A DNA stretch of 31,320 nucleotides from Candidatus Heimdallarchaeota archaeon (lineage in GTDB: Archaea > Asgardarchaeota > Heimdallarchaeia > Hodarchaeales > Hodarchaeaceae), in assembly GCA_048881705.1 (NCBI GenBank), contig JBHLSH010000039.1:1-31320 (forward strand), given 5' to 3'. Below the pieces are notes generated by a model that did no database searches, had not been told where the DNA came from, and saw only the letters and a list, made by a program, of their open reading frames with translations. Positions 18,648 to 27,674 of this stretch are shown here, piece by piece. Numbering within the stretch: the stretch's first letter is position 1; the number at the start of each line of letters is the position of its first letter. The translations under genes were made by a program, and so were the position numbers.

Positions 18648-21254
18648 ATGACTAATTGGGAGTTTTCATTCAAGCTTAAGGCGGATGATCTTTCAGCAGC
18701 AAAAAAGTTCCATATTATGGTCAGCTCGATTGCGGAACCCGCGGTTCACATCCCTAATTTTCCTAAGGATAAACTGCTTAGAGCATTGAATGTTCACAGT
18801 ACCAAGAACGAATATGAATTGTATACAGGAATAATTTCAGATCTTAAGATCAAAAAAACCTATGCTCTAGATTCCTCAAAGGAAATTCATATTCTAATGT
18901 TGGTTTTGGAGAAAATTGGGCCAATTACATTAGTATTTAGCAATAAGTTTGAGTATCTGGTGCTCGAAGGTATTGATTCTAGTTATGAATATATAGGGCA
19001 TGCCGCGTTATTGAACATCCTTATTCAAATAATCAATCCAAAATCCCCAACAGTTAGTGGACTGGGCAAAATCAAAACCATTTACCACGCTTCAAACCTA
19101 AACGCCTTAAAAAGATCTTTAGATTATGTTCCTCTGCTGGATACTCCAGAGGGGCAGATTCTTCTACTGGGAATTTCCTTTCTAGTTCCTATGGTTACTA
19201 TAATTGTCCTCCCTGGACCTGTTCTAGAATCTACCATATTTTACCTAGTAGTTTTGGGAGTCCTCGGAATTTTATTTTGCTTATTCCCCCTTTTTAAAAG
19301 ATCTAGCCGATACGTTTCTGTTTCACTTGTATCCACAATTGTCTTATACATCTTTATTGAAGTTATCATATCCTTCCAATTCCTGGTTGAAGGTAGAAAC
19401 CCCTGGGGGATATTTAACAGTATGGCTCGATTAGATCTAATTGGAAATCTAAAAAGGCAAAGCTTGATTCAATCAGCCGGCCAGGGTGTGTTTTTGGGCC
19501 TTGAGATTCTTCAGATAGTTATTCCATTTTTGGACTTGGTTTTTTTGGTGATGATTCCTCTTACCATCGGCCTATTTCTTACGCTAGCACTTCAAAAAAC
19601 CGAAAAGTCAAGTCGACTAGCAAAAGTAGGACGGATCTTTGCGGCATTATTTTTTGTTGCTTCGTTGTTGACTCTTCCTATAGCATACCATGCGCTCGGA
19701 AAAGGAACCGAAGGTACCATTTATGCAAGTATTGGACTTGTTGAAACCGCAGAGATGTTTTCTTCCAGATTCGTAAAAAACCTTGAATCAAACCTTGCTG
19801 AGCTTCAGGAACTTATTGATTCTGCGAAAACCCACCTCGAAAAGGCGGGAAACTCCTTTCAACAGTTTGGCGAAAATCCGCTTATATCCATCGTACTCCC
19901 CTATTTTTTCCCGAGCGTTGCAGGGATCCCTCTAGATCGGATCCCGAACATTCTGAATATAACTCGAGATCTTGGCGAGGCGGTTCCATTCTATTTGAAT
20001 TTTCTTTGGGCTTATTCTAGTTTTGAACTCGGATTCAATCAATCATTTCAAATACTTTCGGAGACTATTTCAGGACAGAATTTGGGTTTCGGCGCTCAAG
20101 AAAATCAGAGATACAACCAATCCATGCTCAAAGCGCTTCGCACCCTTCAAACAGGTCTTCAGAATCTTACTTTTGCGGAAGAAAATCTCCTACCAAAACT
20201 TAGCAGTGCACGAGAGACTTTAAGCTTCCCAACCTTCGAAGAAATCGGAAATTTCCTTTCTGAACTTGAACTCGGACTCCCAGTCCTTGTTTCAGTCATA
20301 ACCGCTGCGATTCCTTGGACAAACTCAACCTATAAGCTCACTCTCGCTCTGGAAAACCTGGATCAATCTCAATTTTCTAATATGAACGAAATTGAGAATG
20401 CTGAATCAGATTACGTTTTATCACAGATTGCACTCCAAGATATTGCAATTGAGGAACTGGGCCTTCCTACTCAAGCGGCTTCAATTTTGCCCATCCGTGA
20501 GCTTTATAATTTCAGTAAAGGCTTGCATTCGGTTACAGGTAAGTACCTCCTGGCTGTTAAAAACGCTACTTTTATGTTTCAATCATTTAATACAACATTA
20601 GGAGAGATCCAAGCAATAGATTTTACAAATGCGAGTAATATTGCCGACCCTAAATGGCAAAGAGTAGATGAAAGTATGATTAATACATCCTCATATTTGA
20701 ACGCAACACAGACCAGTCTAGATGATATGAAGGCAGTAATCAGTCAATTAAACCTCAATGTCCTCAGTGAGCTAATCGACGTTTCTCAGCTGCTGCAGGA
20801 ACTTAATAGTTTTACTCAATCAACCTCAAATAGGCTGGACGTAATAGACACGTACTTTATCGCATTTGAAACAACCTTTGAATCCATAAACTATTTTTCA
20901 TTAGGTTCCAATAGTTTGAACGCAAGTATGACAAACAGTTTAGGACCCCCGGCCACTTCAGGCGATTATACCCCAGCAAAACTGAATTTTACACTCAGTC
21001 AGGTTGCAGCGAATGAAACGGATTTAACGTTGGTTGGCATCTCAAACCACCTTCTAAACGATACTGCGATTTCCAATTGGCGAGATCTTGTTAAGGGTGG
21101 CGTTAATTCCGTTTATAATTTGGCCGAAAGAAGTTTGAATCTTATCGATGACATCGAAACAAATTTTGCCTCCGTTACTACTGTGGCACATGTAAATACT
21201 TTTTCGCTGATATTGGTTGATATGGAAAATTTAGATTGGGATATTTTTGTTTGA
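18648..21254 (+). CDS. Large uncharacterised membrane glycoprotein (soluble N-domain, ~5-6 TMs, ~500-aa helical ectodomain)
   Basis: 868 aa. Hydrophobic cluster at about aa 170-350. 15 N-x-S/T sequons counted in the C-terminal half and none in the N-terminal half. Confidence 0.8.
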   Translation: MTNWEFSFKLKADDLSAAKKFHIMVSSIAEPAVHIPNFPKDKLLRALNVHSTKNEYELYTGIISDLKIKKTYALDSSKEIHILMLVLEKIGPITLVFSNKFEYLVLEGIDSSYEYIGHAALLNILIQIINPKSPTVSGLGKIKTIYHASNLNALKRSLDYVPLLDTPEGQILLLGISFLVPMVTIIVLPGPVLESTIFYLVVLGVLGILFCLFPLFKRSSRYVSVSLVSTIVLYIFIEVIISFQFLVEGRNPWGIFNSMARLDLIGNLKRQSLIQSAGQGVFLGLEILQIVIPFLDLVFLVMIPLTIGLFLTLALQKTEKSSRLAKVGRIFAALFFVASLLTLPIAYHALGKGTEGTIYASIGLVETAEMFSSRFVKNLESNLAELQELIDSAKTHLEKAGNSFQQFGENPLISIVLPYFFPSVAGIPLDRIPNILNITRDLGEAVPFYLNFLWAYSSFELGFNQSFQILSETISGQNLGFGAQENQRYNQSMLKALRTLQTGLQNLTFAEENLLPKLSSARETLSFPTFEEIGNFLSELELGLPVLVSVITAAIPWTNSTYKLTLALENLDQSQFSNMNEIENAESDYVLSQIALQDIAIEELGLPTQAASILPIRELYNFSKGLHSVTGKYLLAVKNATFMFQSFNTTLGEIQAIDFTNASNIADPKWQRVDESMINTSSYLNATQTSLDDMKAVISQLNLNVLSELIDVSQLLQELNSFTQSTSNRLDVIDTYFIAFETTFESINYFSLGSNSLNASMTNSLGPPATSGDYTPAKLNFTLSQVAANETDLTLVGISNHLLNDTAISNWRDLVKGGVNSVYNLAERSLNLIDDIETNFASVTTVAHVNTFSLILVDMENLDWDIFV

Positions 21255-21266
21255 GAGGCCAGCCAT

Positions 21267-22748
21267 CTAGTCAGAGAAGAAGGAAAATTGCGTTTGTCCT
21301 TCTAAATAAGGTTTGGGATCCATATCCCATACAGCGAGATCAAATTCTCCCCGAGTGGCCGCTAAATCACGAAATACCGTTCCCGCTTGCCCATCTTTCC
21401 AGAATTCCTCTCCAAATTCATCTACCATCTGATCGATCCATTCTTTTACGCGTATACTTGCCAGAATGTATGATGGAGAATACACGTCGTAATCAGGCAT
21501 TACGTGGTGCAATAACCAATAATTACCGGGTATTTCCCAGAAAAACTGCTTAGTAAGCTTTTGATAACGATCCGAAGCAACCTCCACCGTATATTCCTTT
21601 TTCCAGAATTCTAGCTTCATAAGCGAATTAGCAGCGTAAAATACCAGGAAATATAGGTTCATGAAATGCTGTCTATCTATAATTTGATCCACAACTTCGT
21701 CAGACATGCCAAGTTCAGTTTTCAAAAACTGGGGTTGTTCAAGGAGGGATTCAAGAAATATGGAAAAGGTTTCTGCAACACTCATTGGGACCAAATACCT
21801 TATCCAGAAAGGATCTTCTTTTCTTCCAGATACACCGTGAACTGCATGACCAAATTCATGAAAAACGCTTGTAAAATCACTAAATGGTGAAACTCGCTTA
21901 TAAACGACTCGAACATCATCAGGTACCCGAATCGAGAAGCAAAATGCTGAAGGGGATTTTTTTTCCCTGTCATCGCTATCTACTGAAATCCTTTTCAAGT
22001 CATCTTGAAAACCCCAGTTCGAAAGAACTTTTTCAACAGCCTTGATTGGATCCTTCCTCTGGAAATGCTTGTTCAATGGTGCATATATACGGCCGCGTGC
22101 AACATAATAGTCATCAAAGTATTCAAACTGGGACTTGCCCAATATTTCAGGAGCATAATGTTCAGAGGCCGCGAGAAAAGGTTTTCGGGCCTCCTCACCT
22201 AGGAATACCATCAAATCGTGCAGCTTTTGGTATTCAAATCCCTCTCTTTCCAGATATGAATCAAGTGGAGAAATATCGTATTTTGAATAGATTTCACGGG
22301 AAATGTGAAACCTTTGTTCAACCAGAGGGGCCAATTGGGGAGCTTTAGCGATAAAATCATCAAAGACCTCCTTACGATCGGATGCCTTGTCGGATTGAGA
22401 ATTGAATTGTCTCCAACTTCCCCAATTTACTGGTGTTCCATTAACTTCAAATTCAGTATTTCTGATTAGCGTCGGTCGTAATTCATGAATTTTGATGGTT
22501 AATGGTAGTTTCTTGGCCGCAACGGTCGTTGAAATAGCTGAAAGGTATAACGATCGGGGGTCCATATAGGAGGCGAGAAATTCTGAACCTAGCTCTACCT
22601 GAATTTCGGCAATTGATTTCATAAGGTTCTCATCGTATTGAAGGCCGGCTGTTTGATTGTACCTTTGTTCACCCATCTGTATAGCATATTTTTCAAAATC
22701 AGCGGCAAGACTGTTCAAGCTACGGGGCTGAGTATTCATGTAATTCAA
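21267..22748 (-). CDS. M3-like (gluzincin) oligoendopeptidase
   Basis: KSPSAFC, FHEFGHAVH (HExxH), third ligand in SVAETFSIFLE, WLLHH...YSPSY. Likely start is ATG 22739 (GAGGGTGA upstream). Confidence 0.85.
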   Translation of the reverse strand: MNYMNTQPRSLNSLAADFEKYAIQMGEQRYNQTAGLQYDENLMKSIAEIQVELGSEFLASYMDPRSLYLSAISTTVAAKKLPLTIKIHELRPTLIRNTEFEVNGTPVNWGSWRQFNSQSDKASDRKEVFDDFIAKAPQLAPLVEQRFHISREIYSKYDISPLDSYLEREGFEYQKLHDLMVFLGEEARKPFLAASEHYAPEILGKSQFEYFDDYYVARGRIYAPLNKHFQRKDPIKAVEKVLSNWGFQDDLKRISVDSDDREKKSPSAFCFSIRVPDDVRVVYKRVSPFSDFTSVFHEFGHAVHGVSGRKEDPFWIRYLVPMSVAETFSIFLESLLEQPQFLKTELGMSDEVVDQIIDRQHFMNLYFLVFYAANSLMKLEFWKKEYTVEVASDRYQKLTKQFFWEIPGNYWLLHHVMPDYDVYSPSYILASIRVKEWIDQMVDEFGEEFWKDGQAGTVFRDLAATRGEFDLAVWDMDPKPYLEGQTQFSFFSD

Positions 22749-22791
22749 TCACCCTCGAAAAATTAGTAGGAGGACGTGCAGATGATCTCCA

Positions 22792-22822
22792 TGGGGATTC
22801 AAGTTTTAAAGGTTGGGGATTC
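22792..22822 (-). promoter_or_regulatory. Direct repeat GAATCCCCA x2 (22-nt period) flanking TTTAAA, upstream of the M3 peptidase
   Basis: Plus strand TGGGGATTC at 22792-22800 and 22814-22822 with TTTAAA between them. Confidence 0.35.
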
Positions 22823-22896
22823 TTATTTAAAGATCCAATCGATGTCGTAGCGTGGAAATCAGCATTTTTGAACTAATTGAAATTCAGATGGAGAGC

Positions 22897-23985
22897 TTAA
22901 AGACCTTCCATCCAATCCAGAAACTTCGCAGAGACATGCTTCAGTACAAGTTCCCGTATTAAGGGATTTCTTTGGGCGCTAATCTCGGCGGCTATCTCTA
23001 CTAGGTCACGATCAGTTGTTTCTTTAATAACCTGAAGACGTTGGTCTCGTTCTTCTTCGGATTGGGAAAAGGCGTCAGTCAATTGGTTAGCAACTTGGAG
23101 GATATCGTTAATCGCTGCTTCAACGATTTCCAGTTGACGGTTTCGATTACGACGTACCTGTTTTACAAGTTTCCTTGAGAATGGGCAAGATTTCCCATTC
23201 CTAACCTGATTCTTTTTTGTATCCACAAGTATCTCTTGAGGGAAATGCTTGACTAAACCCTGGTGAATACCAATGATGTCCGCTTGTTGAGGATCAACCA
23301 AATGTGTAGAGTAACCAACCTTTCTAAGGGTTTGATGTGGGGCAAACAAACTTAGGCTGTGGACGATGAGATCAACAATGGCGCCAGAATCTCCCGTTAC
23401 AAATATCGGTTTGCCCCGTAACAATCCCCCAACAGCACGATCCTCGTTCTTTTTTATCTGTGAAAGAAAGAATTCAATGCTGCTTCCATCACGTTTTTCT
23501 GATATGGTAACGCGACGCTCGACAATTTCTATTTCCGCGACGGCTTCTTTTTCTGTAACTTTCCAATTACTCAACAAACTGGCCAGTTGAGGAGGAAACA
23601 CGGCGGAACCTGTGTATACAAATTGCTTCTTTATTTGGCCTGCGATTTCCTCGGCCTTGAATTTAAGGAAAGGAACTTTATTATAAAGGAAAACTTGTTG
23701 ATCTTGGGGTACCAAATAGCTAATAGAGGCAACACATCGAGGATTATTTGGGTCAGCTTGTGATATCTGGAACAAAAGAATAAATGCGATCTTTTCGAGT
23801 TTTGAAAAAGGTAGGATGGCTTCAGCGCTTTCCAAATCAGCCGAGGACATCATCGCCAAGGTCATTTGGGAGCGTAAAGCGATCTGGGTTGCTTTTTGCG
23901 AATTTAGATCTTTACCTTCATAGAACAATGGAATTGCCCCTCTTTTTTTGTCATACACACTGAACAAAACGGTTCGATCCATCAT
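22897..23985 (-). CDS. DENN-domain protein (uDENN/longin + cDENN + helical dDENN)
   Basis: aa 5-20 VLFSVYDKKRGAIPLF resemble the uDENN start (F.EFD...GP). aa 168-261 SIEFFLSQI..N...GGLLRGKPIFVTG.SGAIVDLIVHSLSLFAP...ADIIGIH...EILVDTKKNQV track the cDENN consensus. C-terminus is all-helical. Confidence 0.7.
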   Translation of the reverse strand: MMDRTVLFSVYDKKRGAIPLFYEGKDLNSQKATQIALRSQMTLAMMSSADLESAEAILPFSKLEKIAFILLFQISQADPNNPRCVASISYLVPQDQQVFLYNKVPFLKFKAEEIAGQIKKQFVYTGSAVFPPQLASLLSNWKVTEKEAVAEIEIVERRVTISEKRDGSSIEFFLSQIKKNEDRAVGGLLRGKPIFVTGDSGAIVDLIVHSLSLFAPHQTLRKVGYSTHLVDPQQADIIGIHQGLVKHFPQEILVDTKKNQVRNGKSCPFSRKLVKQVRRNRNRQLEIVEAAINDILQVANQLTDAFSQSEEERDQRLQVIKETTDRDLVEIAAEISAQRNPLIRELVLKHVSAKFLDWMEGL

Positions 23986-24231
23986 TATGGTTCACCTAGC
24001 TTGGGTTCTAGTACTTTCCTTGAGAATTCCATTTAACTACTTAAAATCACCAAAAATGCAAGAAATAAGTTGATTTTGATGTCACAATATTTATAGACTG
24101 GGGCAATTGCTTTGGAAGGATTTTTAAAATTATTGACATGGGCCTAGATGTGAATATCCCCTTTGGAGGGATTCCTCTGCCTCATTTTCAAAGATGAGAC
24201 CATCAAGGGCACTTAGACAACCAAAGTCCAG

Positions 24232-24693
24232 CTATGATGAAAGCTCCCAGAAACTAATTATTTGATTGGCATGTTCCGAAGTATTAACCTTCTCTATGCC
24301 ATGATCTCCCCCAAAAATACCTTCTATTATTCCTTTCTCATCAATTAGGAAGGTAACTCGTGCCACTCGCTTTGGTTTTTTATATACACCATATTTTTTG
24401 GCCAAAGAGAGATCTTGATCCATTAGCAAAGGAAAGGGCAGGACGTACTTTTCCTTAAACTTCTGATGAGACTTTTCACTACCCCCAGAAACACCAAAAA
24501 CTGGGATATTTTGTTTCTGAAAGATCTGATAATTGTCACGTATAGAGCAGGCTTCCTTTGTACAACCTGGCGTCGAATCTCTTGGGTAAAAATATAGAAC
24601 GAATTTTTTACCCTTTAGTGAGTCAGCATCAACTCGATTTCCTTCTTCATCTGTTGTTTCAAAGGACGGCGCTCTGTCTCCTATTCTAAGCAA
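24232..24693 (-). CDS. bcp: Peroxiredoxin, BCP/PrxQ subfamily
   Basis: VLYFYPRDSTPGCTKEAC (peroxidatic and resolving Cys), FPLLMD, ARVTFLIDEKG. Confidence 0.92.
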   Translation of the reverse strand: MLRIGDRAPSFETTDEEGNRVDADSLKGKKFVLYFYPRDSTPGCTKEACSIRDNYQIFQKQNIPVFGVSGGSEKSHQKFKEKYVLPFPLLMDQDLSLAKKYGVYKKPKRVARVTFLIDEKGIIEGIFGGDHGIEKVNTSEHANQIISFWELSS

Positions 24694-25084
24694 ATTGGTT
24701 CCTCCTTCGATTGATAGATAGCGTATATGCTGGGTATTTTTTAGGATGCTAAAAAAGGATCCTAGGTGATACTCGAAAGAAGAAGTTTTAACTTACTGTT
24801 CGGTCATTATTTTCCGAATGACACCTATATGCACCCCTCCAATATATTTAAGTTGATCTGATTTGTATCATTACAATCTGGGATATATTCATCGCCATGT
24901 TAATCCAACTCGAGAGATATCATGTCCATTAGGGCCATCTTCCCTTCCATTCAATTTATTCAAGAAAAGCGCGTTTGGACTCCAAAATAAAGATAGGTCG
25001 CGATATTTTGGTCATAGATTGGAAAACAGATTAAGAAAGGAAAATTAATCCTTCCTGAATCCTAAAAGGATATTGGGTTCTCTC

Positions 25085-25513
25085 CTAGAATAATGAATTA
25101 ATGAATTGCTTAATTTCAAATAAAAGATCTTCCTCATGCCTATAGGGAGATATTGTTAACAGTGATGATATGTTCCCCAAAATCATTACAGATATTGGTC
25201 CCAGGTCCTCGCGATATAGAGCCAATACTGGCTTCTTAAGCGTTTCTAGGGCATAGGAAATCTCATACCCCACTCCCAAACTGGGAATACTAACTTCTGC
25301 AACTACTCCATCACACTGGTTCAACCATTGAATATCTTGGACGAAAATTTCCTTTTCAGAAGTAGAATTTTCGATCTCCAATACATTCTCCGCAGCGACA
25401 TGATGGGCCAATACCGAAACCCCATTTCGATCTAAATAGCCGTAGATTCTTTCATAAGTGGGTTGAAGTTCACGTCCTCCCCTTATTGCGCCAGATAGAT
25501 AAATTTGAAGCAT
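25085..25513 (-). CDS. 2'-deoxynucleoside 5'-phosphate N-hydrolase, DNPH1/RCL-like (nucleoside 2-deoxyribosyltransferase family)
   Basis: IYLSGAIRGG, IFVQDIQWLNQCDGVVAEVSIPSLGVGYEI, ISVMILGN. Confidence 0.88.
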   Translation of the reverse strand: MLQIYLSGAIRGGRELQPTYERIYGYLDRNGVSVLAHHVAAENVLEIENSTSEKEIFVQDIQWLNQCDGVVAEVSIPSLGVGYEISYALETLKKPVLALYREDLGPISVMILGNISSLLTISPYRHEEDLLFEIKQFINSLF

Positions 25514-25522
25514 TTGGATTCC

Positions 25523-26299
25523 CTAGATAGACGTAGATAGTTTTTTGAGGATCAATTGGCAATGCTCTTTGACTCTCATATCAGTTGTTTGCTGCTTTAG
25601 CAATTCCAGTGCTGCTACAGCGTTCCCAATGAAAATAGGGAAAGCTATACTTTCAGTCTCGCATAGATTCACCAGACGTTCATTCAATAGTGGATTGGTT
25701 TGGAGAATCGATGAAAGGATTTGGAAGGTTATTTTATCAGAATTTCCTTTTCGCAAGGCTTTCAAGAATTTTGAGGAATTTTTATATTGGCCACTCCTGA
25801 TTATTGCAGCCATAGCGGGATAAAATGCTTCTGATTTATCCTCCAACCAGTTCTGAATCTCATGGATACCTATCATTGCATGTTCCCAATGTTTCTGAAA
25901 TCGTTCTGAGGGAAATCCTATATCTTTCCATGTTTCCAGTTTTTGCACTATTTGCATATATTCCTTGAAATGTTCTATGGAAGCTTCGTGATTACGGGCT
26001 GAAAATTCAAGAGCACCAAGGACAAAGCCATGAGAATAGTGCGACAGACTCAAACGGAGTTCCTCAGAAAGGATTTTTTGCCTGATCTCCTCAAGTAACT
26101 TGCGATTTATCGAAAAGCAACTCAGTTCTTCTTTGGAAAGCTTGTGTTGATCCCTCGAAATATTATCAATTGCCCAATAAATCAGTAAAGCTTCCTCTTC
26201 AGTCTTTGAACTGGAAATGAACTCATTAATTTCAAATTCCTTCAGCAGAAAGTTCTTTATGGACTGGAAATCAACATCTAACCTAATCAATCTGATCAT
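25523..26299 (-). CDS. Hypothetical all-helical protein (possible TPR-like segment)
   Basis: 258-aa ORF, co-oriented and 9 nt upstream of the DNPH1-like gene. GFVLGALEFSARNHEASIEHFKEYM resembles one TPR helix pair. Confidence 0.7.
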   Translation of the reverse strand: MIRLIRLDVDFQSIKNFLLKEFEINEFISSSKTEEEALLIYWAIDNISRDQHKLSKEELSCFSINRKLLEEIRQKILSEELRLSLSHYSHGFVLGALEFSARNHEASIEHFKEYMQIVQKLETWKDIGFPSERFQKHWEHAMIGIHEIQNWLEDKSEAFYPAMAAIIRSGQYKNSSKFLKALRKGNSDKITFQILSSILQTNPLLNERLVNLCETESIAFPIFIGNAVAALELLKQQTTDMRVKEHCQLILKKLSTSI

Positions 26300-26610
26300 G
26301 TCCTATATTCTGGAAGTTGGTTAAAACTCATTCGTAATCGGACACCGTTAAAAGTGTTTTTAATCCTTCTCTTGCCAGAATAGGGGATAATCTATAGGAA
26401 AACAGAATTTCATAAGATACAAGACCAGAATCCGCCCATTTGATGAGAAATAACATGACTCTTCTATCAAAGAGTAGGATACCAATGTAAATATATTATT
26501 GGTTTAAAAATGACCACTACTGTTTCAATTAGGTGATTTAGATCTGATAAGATGACTTGGGAGTTTCTTTCTAGGTTACAAAGGGAAAAGGGTTAGAAAC
26601 AGATAAGTTA

Positions 26611-26618
26611 TTATATAA
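26611..26618 (+). promoter_or_regulatory. Candidate TATA box TTATATAA
   Basis: Located in the 530-nt divergent gap upstream of aIF-1A. It is self-complementary, so it could serve either strand. Confidence 0.4.
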
Positions 26619-26829
26619 TGTTAAGAGGAGGTAGATCAACGGATGAAAATGCCCTATTCCATCTGAAATAATTCCGTTCCATATATGCTGTCACTATTAT
26701 TGCGTGGGTGTATCTGGGGACGGGATTGCATTTGCAGAGTCACCCGAAATTATTTAAGGATGTTTTGGCAGATTGTCGGGTTAAATGGGGCTTTTTTCGT
26801 GTATAACAAGATAAAGAGGATAAATAATA

Positions 26830-27207
26830 ATGTCCAAGAGAAGGAAACGATCACAGGCAGGGTCAGAAACAATCGTCAGGAGAACAAGGTACCCTTCAAA
26901 AAGCGAGGTCATTGGAGTTGTAATCCGAAATCTTGGGGCTCGGAGGATGGAAGTGCTTTGTACAGATAAAGTTAAACGCGTTGCGCGTATCCCAGGACGC
27001 TTTAGAAGGGGGTACCGGATCACAGTAAATGATGTGGTTCTTGTAGAGCCTTGGGATGACTTGGCTGGCGATAAAGCAGATATAACGTATAGGTACCGTA
27101 AAAACGAAATCCGTCCACTCGCAAAGAGATATAAAAAAGAATTAATCGATCTCGAGGTCGAAATTCCCCGTCCGTCAGAAGAATACGGATTTTCCGCTGG
27201 GAGATAG
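26830..27207 (+). CDS. eif1a: Translation initiation factor aIF-1A
   Basis: EVIGVVIRNLGARRMEVLCTDKVKRVARIPGR, DVVLVEPWD, KADITYRY: the OB-fold IF-1A pattern. Confidence 0.92.
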   Translation: MSKRRKRSQAGSETIVRRTRYPSKSEVIGVVIRNLGARRMEVLCTDKVKRVARIPGRFRRGYRITVNDVVLVEPWDDLAGDKADITYRYRKNEIRPLAKRYKKELIDLEVEIPRPSEEYGFSAGR

Positions 27208-27292
27208 CCTGTTAGGCTTTAAAACGGTCCTGATCAATCTAAGCGTAATCTCCTATTATTTCAAAGATTATCTTGATCTAGGGACTAAAAGT

Positions 27293-27571
27293 TCACCCCG
27301 ACATGCCCTGAATACGATATATGAACCCAAATATATTGAAATGGATAGAATTCCGAACAACCTTATCGTAGTTCAAATTTGGGGGTAGAATAAAAATCTT
27401 TGAATCTATTTCAAAACATGGTGAAAAACCCAATTCAGAAGAATTGGGAAGAATAATCATGTATGGCAAAATTTCCGAGGGGATAAATAATTCAGAGATT
27501 TCGATTCCCATAATAGGTTTCCTCCCTCCAAGTAGAGGCCGAATATCGGGCATAAAAGCCATATTAGACAA
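27293..27571 (-). CDS. Possible small hypothetical protein
   Basis: 92-aa ORF filling the gap between aIF-1A and the IscA fusion, with TTTAAA and GAGGT just upstream. No recognised motif. Confidence 0.35.
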   Translation of the reverse strand: MSNMAFMPDIRPLLGGRKPIMGIEISELFIPSEILPYMIILPNSSELGFSPCFEIDSKIFILPPNLNYDKVVRNSIHFNIFGFIYRIQGMSG

Positions 27572-27674
27572 AGAACCTCTTTAAAAGTATGTCTTTACTA
27601 CTTTACTAAAGCTATTCTTTTATTTAAAAGCTAACTTACTTTAAGCGGATATAATACATTAACGGTGACAATAG

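Noticed and set aside
1-23985. Functional link between the A/V-ATPase operon and the GTPase/roadblock/longin/DENN genes, echoing the lysosomal V-ATPase-Ragulator-Rag-FLCN module
   Set aside because: They are separated by ~8 kb of unrelated genes on the opposite strand, the GTPases are Rab-like rather than Rag-like, and nothing in the sequence supports coupling.
24694-25084. 390-nt gap between the DNPH1-like gene and bcp, including ORF 24863..25048 and a TTCGG...CCGAA stem
   Set aside because: Only short ORFs and weak stems; no recognisable RNA family.
26685-26969. 94-aa ORF with Cys residues overlapping aIF-1A
   Set aside because: It overlaps the well-supported aIF-1A by 140 nt in another frame and its composition is not protein-like.
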